Positions 30,385 through 40,499 are shown, numbered from the stretch's first letter. The stretch is DNA of 64,000 bases from an uncultured Clostridia bacterium (GCA_934140005.1 CAKPBB010000005.1:3011-67010); one strand, 5' to 3'. Made by a program: numbers and translations. Notes: a model not told the origin generated them from the sequence alone.

Positions 30385-31603
30385 TCTCTTTTTTTAAAGC
30401 CTTTGACATTTCTTCATCTTTATTCAATTTTTCTTCTTGTTCTGCCATCATCTTTCTTTTTTTTATACCTTTTTTGTCTAAAATTATAATTATTACTATT
30501 ACAATTATAGCAATTGCACACATTCCTATAATTGCTATATATGTTTTATGTGATTCGAGAAAACTAACTGTTTCTTTTTTTTCGTTATTGGTTGGCTCAA
30601 CATATCCAGCTAATAATTTTTCATTTATTTCATTATTAACTAATACATATTTTGAATTATGCTCAATAGCAAATTCATAAAATTCATCATCAGTTAATTC
30701 AACTCTTTTTGAAACTAACATAAAATTTTTGTTTTCTTCATCATAATAATATACATATACTTTGCTATTTATACTACTTTTTATTGTGCTAGTTGCTTTA
30801 ATTCTTATTTTTGCTATTCCAGGTAATTCTCCATTTGGCTCAAAATCTACGGCAATTCCATTTGTATTCAAATCCATTTCAGATAATTCTTTATCTGCTA
30901 ATATTGTATTTGTAATAATTTTAACATCAATATCTTTTGGATTAGTTATATTTTTACCATTAAATATTATTTCATTTTCGTTATATGTGATTACAAGTTG
31001 TTTATTAGTATTTTTTAATTTTTCAAATATTTTTTCAAATATTTTTGTATCTTCATCAGCATTTATAATTATACTTTTTACAGTATCACTTTCTATTAAT
31101 TGTGTTAATAATTCATCAGTTATTTCACTCGTTTTATAATCAACTTTCTCACCTAACTCTGTTTTTTCTTCTACAACTTGTTGAATTTCTTGCATATGTT
31201 GCTCTTGCTTTATAATTTCATTATTTGCCTGTTTATTTGAATTTATTAAGGCATTTGAGCTAGTTGAAGCATTGCAACTTGTTGCATTCGAACTTGTTGC
31301 ATTTGAACTTGTTACATCTGAACTTGTTGCATTTGAACTTGTTACATCTGAACTCGTTGCATCTGAACTTGTTGCATCTGAACTCGTTGCATCACAGCTT
31401 GTTGCATCACAGCTTGTTGCATCACAGCTTGTTGCATCACAGCTTGTTGCTGATGCAGCAAAGCTATATAAATATCCCTCTAATTTTGAAATTTTTCCGT
31501 TTCCAAATATTACCATTGCCATTCTAGCAATTATTAGTACTATCAATAAAAACATTATCATTTTTAAACTTGTAAATAAATTATTTTTCTTTTTTTCTTT
31601 CAT
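30374..31603 (-). CDS. bitopic surface protein with an Ala/Thr/Ser/Cys pentapeptide repeat stalk
   Basis: 409 aa with GAGAGGGA 6 nt upstream of the ATG. Layout: N-terminal TM, 12 x 5-aa repeats (ATSCD x4, ATSSD, VTSSN...), a globular region, a C-terminal TM and a Lys/Glu tail. Overlaps both neighbouring genes. Confidence 0.7.
   Translation of the reverse strand: MKEKKKNNLFTSLKMIMFLLIVLIIARMAMVIFGNGKISKLEGYLYSFAASATSCDATSCDATSCDATSCDATSSDATSSDATSSDVTSSNATSSDVTSSNATSSNATSCNASTSSNALINSNKQANNEIIKQEQHMQEIQQVVEEKTELGEKVDYKTSEITDELLTQLIESDTVKSIIINADEDTKIFEKIFEKLKNTNKQLVITYNENEIIFNGKNITNPKDIDVKIITNTILADKELSEMDLNTNGIAVDFEPNGELPGIAKIRIKATSTIKSSINSKVYVYYYDEENKNFMLVSKRVELTDDEFYEFAIEHNSKYVLVNNEINEKLLAGYVEPTNNEKKETVSFLESHKTYIAIIGMCAIAIIVIVIIIILDKKGIKKRKMMAEQEEKLNKDEEMSKALKKENDE
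31271..31450 (-). repeat. 12 tandem in-frame 15-bp repeats
   Basis: Plus-strand unit atcacagcttgttgc occurs 4 times perfectly (31391..31450). It is preceded by 8 diverged copies (atctgaacttgttgc and similar). Confidence 0.95.
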
Positions 31604-33167
31604 TTGTTATCCCTCTCTCTTCTATTACTTCATTATTATTTTCTTGACTAATTGCTAACTGATGTAATGCCATAAGTGCCCAAAATATTGGTGTAACTAT
31701 TACAACCCATAAATTAAAGAAATCTTGAATCCAAAAGCATACTATTGCGATTAATAAAATTATTGAACAACTATTTTTTCTTTTTATTCCCTCTTTTAGT
31801 TGTATAAACATAAATATCAAATAGCTTAATAATCCCACTACACCAATATTAATAAGCATCGTTATATATACATTACCAGCTGTATCATTTATACTGAGCT
31901 CTCCAATATTTTTTACATCATCAGTATATTGATCCATAAATCTTACAGCAAAAGTATCTGGTCCGCTTCCAATCAACCAATTTTTATTTAGCAATTTAAA
32001 AGCTCTTTTCCATAAAAAAATTCGATATGTTCCAAATTGATCATCAAAATTTCCATGTAATAATTCATGAACTTCATATAATGTTCCACTATTAAAGTTT
32101 ATAAAATATAATCCTAAAGTCATTAATAAAATTCCAATAATCATTGCTATATACATTCTTTTTATTATTATTTTCTTTTCAATCGCATATTCATTCTTAT
32201 ATAAAATATAGGCTAAAAGCATAAATATCCCTACTATAATTAGTAAGCATAGAGCATCTTTATTGAATTGCCAATCTAATGTTAATTTTTCAATACTATA
32301 ATGATACTCGGGGTTCATTATAATATTAACTGCTAATCCTAATATTATCATTGCTATTGCAATTATCGTTCTATATAATCTTTTGCTATTTGTTATAATA
32401 AATGGCATAAGTAACGCAAATATTGTTAAAAATGCAACTCTACCACTCATTACATTTATTATAATGAAAATAAAAAATCCTATAAAAATTGATATTAAAT
32501 GTATAACTTTATTTAGAATTTTTTCCTCTAAAAATACAAACGCACTAAAGGATATTGTTAATAATATACAATAAACTGCTGATATAATATCGATATTTCC
32601 TAAAGTAGTCATAAAACTAACATTATGTGTTCCAATGCCATCTTGATACATATTAAATGGATTAAATCCTACATATTGTAGAATAGCTATCGTGTTCAAA
32701 CATATTGATGATATTGAAAAATATAATATATATCTTTTTCTAAACTTTCCAAACATAGTCACAAATAAAAATGTTAAACAATATAAAGATATATTTATTA
32801 ACCCTTCGCCTCTGCCGATACCAACCAATAAATTATATTTTCCATTATAAGGAGAAAAAATAGTAGCTAATATATTTACTCCCCAAAATCCTAAAACTGC
32901 AAACTGAATTTTCGATAATCTTATATTCTCAAAAGTTTTTACTTTATAAAATATGTAAAAATAAATAATCATTATCAAATTTAATGCAATATATGTAACT
33001 CCAATAAATAAAAATGTTCTATATTTACATTCTAATATTTTAAAGAAACCTGTTGAATCTACACATAATGGAAATATTATTATTATCGAAAAAATATATA
33101 TTTCAGCTAATTTATCCAACATCCAATTTCTCATTTTTACATACTTTTTATTTTTTATTTCTTCCAT
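31581..33167 (-). CDS. O-antigen ligase/polymerase-like (Wzy_C) polytopic membrane protein
   Basis: 528 aa with about 12 hydrophobic helices. The late extracytoplasmic loop HELLHGNFDDQFGTYRIFLWKRAFKLLNKNWLIGSGPDTF resembles the Wzy_C signature. Confidence 0.6.
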   Translation of the reverse strand: MEEIKNKKYVKMRNWMLDKLAEIYIFSIIIIFPLCVDSTGFFKILECKYRTFLFIGVTYIALNLIMIIYFYIFYKVKTFENIRLSKIQFAVLGFWGVNILATIFSPYNGKYNLLVGIGRGEGLINISLYCLTFLFVTMFGKFRKRYILYFSISSICLNTIAILQYVGFNPFNMYQDGIGTHNVSFMTTLGNIDIISAVYCILLTISFSAFVFLEEKILNKVIHLISIFIGFFIFIIINVMSGRVAFLTIFALLMPFIITNSKRLYRTIIAIAMIILGLAVNIIMNPEYHYSIEKLTLDWQFNKDALCLLIIVGIFMLLAYILYKNEYAIEKKIIIKRMYIAMIIGILLMTLGLYFINFNSGTLYEVHELLHGNFDDQFGTYRIFLWKRAFKLLNKNWLIGSGPDTFAVRFMDQYTDDVKNIGELSINDTAGNVYITMLINIGVVGLLSYLIFMFIQLKEGIKRKNSCSIILLIAIVCFWIQDFFNLWVVIVTPIFWALMALHQLAISQENNNEVIEERGITNERKKEK

Positions 33168-33386
33168 TGTTTCTCCGTTTGTTCATTAACCATTTTTTAT
33201 ATTATCTACACTTTTCAATATACTACTTGGCAATTGTGTGGGTTGTATTTCTATATCAAAATTATCTTCTAATTGAGATATTTATTCTATAAATACTAAA
33301 AAGTCTAGAACATTTTCTTTTATTAAAATTAGTGTTTAAATTATTTCTTAATTTCTCATATACTGTAAGCCTATAAAATTATTACC

Positions 33387-33929
33387 TTAAGACTTTTCTA
33401 TTATTTCTTTATATGCTTTTAAAGACTTTTCTAAAATCTCTGTTTTTAAACTATCTTTCAATATTACTACATAAGGAATACTATTTTGATCAACTTGAAA
33501 AGCCAATCCATAATTAGAACCACCATCAGGAGCTATACCATTATAAATAAAATGTGAATACTCAATAGCAAAATTTCCATTAAGTACTATACTAACAATT
33601 GCTTTTAATTTTTCGTGTTCTACAATAGAAACTCTAACATCAGAAACATACATTTCTTCTAAGATACCTTCTTCCATTACATTATAATTGTATGCATTTA
33701 AAACTGCATTTGTAATTTGATTTCTTAATTCAATTATAGTTGGATGAGCAACATCTTTGTATTGTTCTTTTATTTTCTTAGATGGCATAGTTACAATCAA
33801 ACTATTATTCCACTTAATAATTTTAATTGTACGAATTTTTATAGTATCATTTAGTACAACATCTGCAATGCCAGCTAATTTCACATTTTCATCTTGAATT
33901 CTATGTAAATTTTCAACTTTAATTTTCAT
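33387..33929 (-). CDS. tandem-domain SpoVG-family protein
   Basis: 180 aa. Residues 1-85 match the SpoVG pattern (ADVVLNDTIKIRTIKII..NNSLIVTMPSKK..DVAHP..AVLNAY). Residues ~95-180 restart with MYVSDVRVSIVEHEKLKAIVSIVLNGNFAI. Confidence 0.7.
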   Translation of the reverse strand: MKIKVENLHRIQDENVKLAGIADVVLNDTIKIRTIKIIKWNNSLIVTMPSKKIKEQYKDVAHPTIIELRNQITNAVLNAYNYNVMEEGILEEMYVSDVRVSIVEHEKLKAIVSIVLNGNFAIEYSHFIYNGIAPDGGSNYGLAFQVDQNSIPYVVILKDSLKTEILEKSLKAYKEIIEKS

Positions 33930-34116
33930 AACTTTCTCCTTTTATTTTGCTCATGTCTGTATTATAACATAAAAGCTTTCATAATTACTATAACTTATTT
34001 ATAAAAAATAGCCTGATATATTATTAATCTACTCTTTGTAATTTATTTGTTCTCTAGCTTTAATTTTCCATAATAATATGATATGGTTGCTACTCCATCT
34101 ATTAAATTATCTCCCT

Positions 34117-34755
34117 CTAATTTTCTAACAAAAACTTTTTAATAGCACTTATATATATAACTAAATATGATATAGATATGCAAAAACCACCTAATACATC
34201 ACTTGTATAATGTACACCTAAATAAATTCTACTAACTCCAATAGAACATATCAAAATACTAAACAATACAATAGAAATCCATTTTATGTATTTATTTTTT
34301 ACATATTTATAAATTAAATATATTAAATAACCATAAAATGCCATACTAACCATAGAATGTCCAGATGGAAAACTATAACCAGTTTCTTCTATTATTCTAT
34401 ATTCTGTTGGTCTTGGTCTCTGTAAAATATTTTTCAATAATTGATTTAATACAGTAACTATTACTAAATTTGAAAATATTGATATTCCAACTTTTCTATT
34501 TTTTATTAGAATAAATAAAGAAATCGTCAATGTAATTAGAAATATTGCACCTCCTAGATTAGTAATAAATTTTGCTATTGGTGTAGCAAAATCAGATATT
34601 AAAAATGTTGATACTAATTTATATCCAATTATATCTCCATTCATTATTTCCTTGTTAAATACATCTTCTGCCAAATCTAAAAAAATTACTAAACATATAA
34701 ACAGTACAATCCATCTTAAATTTTTAATAATAAATTCTTTTATTTTTTCTTTCAT
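34117..34755 (-). CDS. PAP2-family lipid phosphatase
   Basis: 212 aa, polytopic, with KxxxxxxRP (LKNILQRPRP), PSGHS and SRIYLGVHYTSD motifs. Confidence 0.85.
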   Translation of the reverse strand: MKEKIKEFIIKNLRWIVLFICLVIFLDLAEDVFNKEIMNGDIIGYKLVSTFLISDFATPIAKFITNLGGAIFLITLTISLFILIKNRKVGISIFSNLVIVTVLNQLLKNILQRPRPTEYRIIEETGYSFPSGHSMVSMAFYGYLIYLIYKYVKNKYIKWISIVLFSILICSIGVSRIYLGVHYTSDVLGGFCISISYLVIYISAIKKFLLEN

Positions 34756-34886
34756 TTTGCCCTCTTCTATCTTATTTTATATCCATAAAATATTATCATA
34801 AAGTTCAAGTATTTTTCAAGTTTACTTTCTAATTTTAAAAAGAAAAAGCCATCATACTAGATGCTTCTAATACAATGACTAATTGA

Positions 34887-34960
<74 letters not shown>

Positions 34961-34992
34961 ATTCATCAATTACTTACCCTTGACAAGTATAG

Positions 34993-35021
34993 ATTATAAA
35001 GTATTTTTATTTCTTTGTCAA
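34993..35021 (-). promoter_or_regulatory. promoter of tRNA-Gly
   Basis: Minus strand: TTGACA, 17-nt spacer, TATAAT, ending about 30 nt upstream of the tRNA 5' end. Confidence 0.6.
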
Positions 35022-35160
35022 GATATTTTCTTAATAAATTTATATTTTTTTATTTAATCATATTCTATGGTTAAATTTTATACTACATATAAATATATTC
35101 AAATATGAAAAAGCTTTAATTGCTCTTTCATATTTGAAAATTGTATATAAAATATATCAA

Positions 35161-35619
35161 TTATTTATTTTCTTCTGTTGCTGGTGTTTCTGCAACTGGA
35201 GCTTCTTCGGCTACAACTTCAGCTTCACCTGGAACAACTTCTTCTTTAACTATAACTTCTTTAGTTTCGATTCTTGCTCCAACTTTTTCTTTAGTTTTAG
35301 CAGCTTTTCCTACTCTATCTCTTAAGTAGTATAATTTAGCTCTTCTAGCTTTACCAACTCTTACTACTTCGATTTTTTCAATCATTGGAGAATGTACTAG
35401 GAATGTTTTTTCAACACCTACGCCATAAGAAATTCTTCTTACTGTGAATGTAGCGTTAACTCCTCCACCTTGTTTTTTAATTATAATTCCTTCGAATACT
35501 TGGATTCTTTCTTTGTTTCCTTCTTTAATTCTAACATGAACTCTAACTGTGTTACCAATTCTAAGTTCTGGAATCTTATTTTTCATTTGCTCATGTTCTA
35601 TAGATTTTAAAATATCCAT
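35161..35619 (-). CDS. rplS: 50S ribosomal protein L19 with acidic C-terminal extension
   Basis: 152 aa. The first ~115 aa are canonical L19 ([30 protein letters not shown]). They are followed by ..[26 protein letters not shown]. Confidence 0.95.
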   Translation of the reverse strand: MDILKSIEHEQMKNKIPELRIGNTVRVHVRIKEGNKERIQVFEGIIIKKQGGGVNATFTVRRISYGVGVEKTFLVHSPMIEKIEVVRVGKARRAKLYYLRDRVGKAAKTKEKVGARIETKEVIVKEEVVPGEAEVVAEEAPVAETPATEENK

Positions 35620-35648
35620 TTTCTTTCCTCCTTCTCTAAACTTTTATT

Positions 35649-36356
35649 TTATAAATCTCTTAAATATTTTTTGTCTTCATCAGTTAATTCTGCTTTTTCA
35701 AGCAGTTCAGGTCTCTTTCTAAAAGTTTCTTCTAGTGATTTTTTTCTTCTCCACTCATCAATATTTTTATGATTACCTGAAATTAAAACTTCTGGTACTT
35801 TCTCTCCTAAAAAAATTTCAGGACGAGTATATTGTGGATACTCCAACAAATCATTTGAAAAACTTTCTTCAGATTTTGAACCTTGCTTTAAAACACCATC
35901 TATATATCTTGAAACACTATCTATTAAAACCATTGCTGGTAATTCTCCACCTGTTAATACATAATCTCCAATAGAGATTTCTTCATCAACAACTTTATCA
36001 ATTACTCTTTGATCAATGCCTTCATAATGTCCACAAATAATAACTAAATGTTCTTCTTTTGCAAGTTCTTCAACTTTTTTTTGGGTTAAAGTAGTTCCTT
36101 TAGGTGACATATAAATTGTTTTTGTCTTCTCACTCTTCACTGAATTCCAAGCATCCCATACAACATCTGGTTTCATAAGCATTCCTGCTCCTCCACCATA
36201 AGGTGTATCATCAACTTTTTTATGCTTATCTTTTGAAAAATCTCTAATATTAGTTAAATTAAGTTCTAATAATTGATTTTTTAAAGCTCTTCCAATAATA
36301 CTTTGTTTCATTGGTTCAAACATTTCTGGAAAAAGAGTTAATACATCAAACTTCAT
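35649..36356 (-). CDS. trmD: tRNA (guanine37-N1)-methyltransferase
   Basis: 235 aa with MKFDVLTLFPEMF, DDTPYGGGAGM and ICGHYEGIDQRV. Confidence 0.95.
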   Translation of the reverse strand: MKFDVLTLFPEMFEPMKQSIIGRALKNQLLELNLTNIRDFSKDKHKKVDDTPYGGGAGMLMKPDVVWDAWNSVKSEKTKTIYMSPKGTTLTQKKVEELAKEEHLVIICGHYEGIDQRVIDKVVDEEISIGDYVLTGGELPAMVLIDSVSRYIDGVLKQGSKSEESFSNDLLEYPQYTRPEIFLGEKVPEVLISGNHKNIDEWRRKKSLEETFRKRPELLEKAELTDEDKKYLRDL

Positions 36357-36862
36357 TATATAAGCCCCTCTATTATTTTTACAATTATTTTGCCATTCTT
36401 TAAATCAACACTTTTGATCACATCAGATATTCCAGGTAGAAGAATTTGTTTACCGAGTTCATCTTTTACAACATAGATATCATTGCTACCTGTATTATAA
36501 ATATCATCAACTTTTCCTATGCAATTTCCTTCTTCTGTAAATACATCTAATCCAATCAAATCAGCTATGTAATAAGTACCTTCTTCTAAAGGTTCTAAAT
36601 TTTTTCTATCAATTAGAATATAACAATTTTTCAATTTTTCTGCTTCTTCTACTGAATCAATTCCTTTTAATTTTAAAATTACTTGATTTTTATGATAGCC
36701 AACTTTTTCAATTATAAATTCATTATTTGAATTTTTTTGTTTGATTAAAATTTTCTCTAATCTTTCAAATCTTGTAATATCATTAGTAAAAGGATTTACT
36801 TTTATTTCACCTTTTAGGCCTTTTACATTTACAATTTGTCCTAGTTCTAAATATGATTCCAT
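36356..36862 (-). CDS. rimM: 16S rRNA processing protein RimM
   Basis: 168 aa with LGQIVNVKGLKGEIKV... and a PRC barrel, upstream of trmD. Confidence 0.9.
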   Translation of the reverse strand: MESYLELGQIVNVKGLKGEIKVNPFTNDITRFERLEKILIKQKNSNNEFIIEKVGYHKNQVILKLKGIDSVEEAEKLKNCYILIDRKNLEPLEEGTYYIADLIGLDVFTEEGNCIGKVDDIYNTGSNDIYVVKDELGKQILLPGISDVIKSVDLKNGKIIVKIIEGLI

Positions 36863-36871
36863 ATTATCACC

Positions 36872-37102
36872 TTAATCTACAAATTCAACTGTTATTTTTT
36901 TATGTTCTTTAACAGCAACAGCTTTCATAACTGTACGAATAGATTTAGCCATTTTACCTTGTTTTCCAATAACTTTACCCATATCGCTTTTAGCAACTTT
37001 TACTTCATAACAAATAGATTTTTCATTATTTTTTTCTGTAATTGATACATCTTCTGGAATATCAACTAGATTTTTTATTACTATTTCAAGTAATTCTTTC
37101 AT
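36872..37102 (-). CDS. khpA: KH-domain RNA-binding protein (YlqC/KhpA)
   Basis: 76 aa with GKVIGKQGKMAKSIRTV, between rpsP and rimM. Confidence 0.8.
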   Translation of the reverse strand: MKELLEIVIKNLVDIPEDVSITEKNNEKSICYEVKVAKSDMGKVIGKQGKMAKSIRTVMKAVAVKEHKKITVEFVD

Positions 37103-37125
37103 AAATAACCCCTCTTTCGTTATGA

Positions 37126-37362
37126 CTATTTTGCAGCTTTTTCGATTAAAGCTTTTACAGTGTCTGTAGGTTTAGCTCCGTTTTTAATCCATGTAGCAAC
37201 TTTTTCATTATCTAATACAACTGTTGCTGGATCTGTCATAGGATTGTATGTTCCTATTTTCTCAATAATTTTTCCATCTCTTGAGCTCTTTGAATCTGCA
37301 ACAACTATATGATAAAATGGAGCTTTTTTCTTTCCTACTCTTTGTAATCTTATTTTTACCAT
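37126..37362 (-). CDS. rpsP: 30S ribosomal protein S16
   Basis: ORF trimmed to [17 protein letters not shown], with AGGAGG 8 nt upstream. Confidence 0.95.
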   Translation of the reverse strand: MVKIRLQRVGKKKAPFYHIVVADSKSSRDGKIIEKIGTYNPMTDPATVVLDNEKVATWIKNGAKPTDTVKALIEKAAK

Positions 37363-37423
37363 AAAATTCACCTCCTAAAAAATCTTTATATATAAAAACT
37401 TCATAATGAAATTAGTAATATAA

Positions 37424-38797
37424 CTACTTTAAATCTTTTAATTTAGATATATCTATATCATCCAAATTATCTAAATTCATATTTTTCATCATTTTCTTCA
37501 TAGCACCTTTATTAGAAGTCATTTCCTTCATCATTTTTTGTGTCATTTCAAATGATTTCATAAATTTATTTATTTGTTCAACTGTTGTTCCACTACCTTT
37601 TGCAATTCTTAAACGTCTACTTCCATTTAATATTTTAGGATTTCTACGTTCTTCTTGTGTCATTGAACAAATAATTGCTTCAATTTTCACAAATTCTTTA
37701 TCATCAATTTTTACATCTTTCAATTGATTCATACCAGGAATCAATTTTAATATTGATGAAAAAGAACCCATTTTTTTCATTTGACGTAGTTGAACTAAAT
37801 AATCATCTAAATCAAACCCTTGCTTGCGCATTTTCTTTTCAAGTTTAGCAGCTTCTTCCATATCAAATGTTTCTTCTGCTTTTTCTATAATAGAAAGTAC
37901 ATCACCCATTCCTAATATTCTTGATGCCATTCTTTCTGGATGGAATACTTCAATATCACTAAGTTTTTCACCTGTTGCAATAAATTTGATTGGTCTACCT
38001 GTAACTTTTTTTACAGATAATGCTGCACCACCTCTTGTATCACCATCTAATTTTGTAAGAACTAAACCATCAATTCCTAATTCATCGTTAAATGTTTGTG
38101 CAATATTTACAGCATCTTGACCTGTCATTGAATCAACAACAAGTAGTACTTCATGTGGTTTAACATTTTTCTTTAAATCTTTTAGCTCTTGCATAAGAGC
38201 TTCATCAATTTGCAAACGACCGGCTGTATCTATGATTACAACATCATTTAGTTTTGATATTGCTTGAGATATCGCTTGTCTTGCAATAACACTTACATTT
38301 TTTTCGCTTTCATTAGCAAAAACTGGAATATCTAATTGTTTACCTACAACTTGTAATTGCTTAATTGCTGCTGGTCTATAAACATCACATGCAACAAGTA
38401 ATGGTTTTTTACCTTGTTTTCTTATAACATTTGCTAGCTTACCAGCAGTAGTTGTTTTACCAGAACCTTGTAAACCCACTAGCATTATAATAGTTGGTGG
38501 ATTAGGAGTAAAATTTATTCTTGATTCTTCTCCTCCAAGTAATTTTACTAACTCATCTTTTACAATTTTAATAACTTGTTGTCCTGGAGTTAATGATTTA
38601 AGTACATCTTGACCTAAGGCTTTCTCTTCTATAACTTTGATAAAATCTTTAACAATTTTATAGTTAACATCAGCTTCAAGTAAAGCTAATTTTACTTCAC
38701 GTAAAACTTCTTTTAAATCACTTTCTGTGATTCTTGCTTTTCCTCTTAATTTTCTTGTAATATCTTGTAATCTAGAAGATAGTCCTTCAAAAGCCAT
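37424..38797 (-). CDS. ffh: signal recognition particle protein Ffh
   Basis: MAFEGLSSRLQ.. start, GLQGSGKTTT, DTAGR and a Met-rich M domain. Confidence 0.95.
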   Translation of the reverse strand: MAFEGLSSRLQDITRKLRGKARITESDLKEVLREVKLALLEADVNYKIVKDFIKVIEEKALGQDVLKSLTPGQQVIKIVKDELVKLLGGEESRINFTPNPPTIIMLVGLQGSGKTTTAGKLANVIRKQGKKPLLVACDVYRPAAIKQLQVVGKQLDIPVFANESEKNVSVIARQAISQAISKLNDVVIIDTAGRLQIDEALMQELKDLKKNVKPHEVLLVVDSMTGQDAVNIAQTFNDELGIDGLVLTKLDGDTRGGAALSVKKVTGRPIKFIATGEKLSDIEVFHPERMASRILGMGDVLSIIEKAEETFDMEEAAKLEKKMRKQGFDLDDYLVQLRQMKKMGSFSSILKLIPGMNQLKDVKIDDKEFVKIEAIICSMTQEERRNPKILNGSRRLRIAKGSGTTVEQINKFMKSFEMTQKMMKEMTSNKGAMKKMMKNMNLDNLDDIDISKLKDLK

Positions 38798-38817
38798 TTG
38801 CAATTACCTCTCTTTTC

Positions 38818-39165
38818 TTAAACTAAACAATTTAATTTACTTTTTACATCTTCAAGAATTCTTGCAATTTCTTTATCTGATGTGTTTTCTTTTATTTTTG
38901 TGATTTCTGATAAAATACTTGCAATTTTTTCTTCTTGCATTAGCGTTTTTTTCATAATTCCTAGCTTTTCTTCATATTCAAAAAGCTTGCTTTCTCCCTT
39001 CTTCAGATTATCTCTAACTGCTTGCCTTGTAATATTTGCATTTTCAGCTATTTCTGATAAAGATAAATCATTATTGTAGTAGTCATCTAACATCTGATAT
39101 TGTTTTTCAGTTAAAAGCTTGCCATAAGTTTCTAAAAGAATACTTATTTGAACTGTTTTTTCCAT
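38818..39165 (-). CDS. ylxM: YlxM (UPF0122) sigma-70 region-4-like HTH protein
   Basis: 115 aa with LTEKQYQMLDDYYNNDLSLSEIAENANITRQAV, upstream of ffh. Confidence 0.8.
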   Translation of the reverse strand: MEKTVQISILLETYGKLLTEKQYQMLDDYYNNDLSLSEIAENANITRQAVRDNLKKGESKLFEYEEKLGIMKKTLMQEEKIASILSEITKIKENTSDKEIARILEDVKSKLNCLV

Positions 39166-39304
39166 TTGACCACTCCTTAAAATGTAATGCTATTATACTT
39201 TACACTATTTTTATACAAATGTCAAGTATTTTTACTTTATTTTTCACAAAAATATAGAGATAACAATTATTTTAAGAATTGTCATCTCTATCAAATCTTT
39301 ATAA

Positions 39305-39745
39305 TTAAATTTCTATATTTATATTTCCTATATTTTCAATTTTAATTATTCTTCTATTTTCATTTACATTATCTCTAGAGAACTCTAATTTCAAATATTT
39401 TTTAGGAATATAGCCTTCCAGCATTTCTCCCCATTCTATTATACTAGCTCCCTTTTCAAAATATTCTTCACCGCCTATTGCAAAAAATTCATCAATATCC
39501 GCTAAACGGTATAAATCAAAATGAAATATTTTTAATTTTTCCGTATCATATTCATTTACTATTGTAAATGTAGGACTAGAAATTTCATTTTGTAATCCAA
39601 AATAACTTAAAATTCCTTCTGTCAATTTTGTTTTTCCAGATCCTAAATCTCCCAAAAGTATGATTATATCGCCTCTTTTTAATTGTGAAGCAATTTTTTG
39701 TCCTAGTTTTATTGTATCCATTTCTGAATTTGATATATATTCCAT
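39305..39745 (-). CDS. tsaE: tRNA t6A37 biosynthesis ATPase TsaE
   Basis: 146 aa with Walker A GDLGSGKT, SPTFTIVNEY and HFDLYR. Confidence 0.85.
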   Translation of the reverse strand: MEYISNSEMDTIKLGQKIASQLKRGDIIILLGDLGSGKTKLTEGILSYFGLQNEISSPTFTIVNEYDTEKLKIFHFDLYRLADIDEFFAIGGEEYFEKGASIIEWGEMLEGYIPKKYLKLEFSRDNVNENRRIIKIENIGNINIEI

Positions 39746-39920
39746 TTTTTCTCCAATCTATTTTGAATTTCTTACATATTATAACATAATGTAAATAAAT
39801 TTACTAGATTCTAGTTATATTTTTATTATCTGCCAATTATTTTTGCATTTCAACAATTTCATAAAATTTATCATTGTAAAGTTTTATTATTTAGTATACA
39901 ATAATTATGGAGGTATTAAT

Positions 39921-40499
39921 ATGAAAAAGAAAAATTTAATTATTTGTGCAGTTATAGTTTTAATCGTACTAGCTGTAATCATTGGTATTGCTGTAAAATC
40001 TAATAACAATGGAACTATAAAAATAGAATCTACAGCAAATATGAAAAATTTAATAGATTCCATTTATAAAAATGCAAATGTTGAATTACCAAGTTTAGAA
40101 ACAAATGAAATTGATATGTCTGATAATTATACAGTTTCAACTTACACTGGTTCCCAAGACAATAGTAATATCGAATCAATTATTGTTTCTGAACCTTTAA
40201 TAAGTTCACAAGCTTATTCTTTGGTTGTTATGAAATTAAAAAATTCAGCTGATGTTGAAAAAGTAAAACAAAATATTTATGATAATGTCAACATGAGTAA
40301 ATGGATTTGTGTTTCAGCTGAAAAATTGTATATTACAAATTATAATAATATAGTTTTTTATGTAATGTCTGACGAAGACTTGGCACAACCAGTTTACACT
40401 GCTTTTAAAGCTTATGTAAATAATAAAAACGGTTCTGAATTAGAAAAATCAGAAAATTTAGATTATGAGCTTCCAGATGAAATGCTTGTAGTAGAATAA
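39921..40499 (+). CDS. membrane-anchored DUF4358-like protein
   Basis: ORF trimmed to MKKKNLIICAVIVL.., with GGAGG upstream. The block AYSLVVMKLKNSADVEKVKQNI...IVFYVMSDE resembles DUF4358, a family often found beside MBOAT/DHHW genes. Confidence 0.5.
   Translation: MKKKNLIICAVIVLIVLAVIIGIAVKSNNNGTIKIESTANMKNLIDSIYKNANVELPSLETNEIDMSDNYTVSTYTGSQDNSNIESIIVSEPLISSQAYSLVVMKLKNSADVEKVKQNIYDNVNMSKWICVSAEKLYITNYNNIVFYVMSDEDLAQPVYTAFKAYVNNKNGSELEKSENLDYELPDEMLVVE

Noticed and set aside
31271-31450. Possible CRISPR-like array, because of regularly spaced short repeats
   Set aside because: The units are contiguous 15-mers with no spacers. They sit in frame inside a long ORF, and no cas genes are present.
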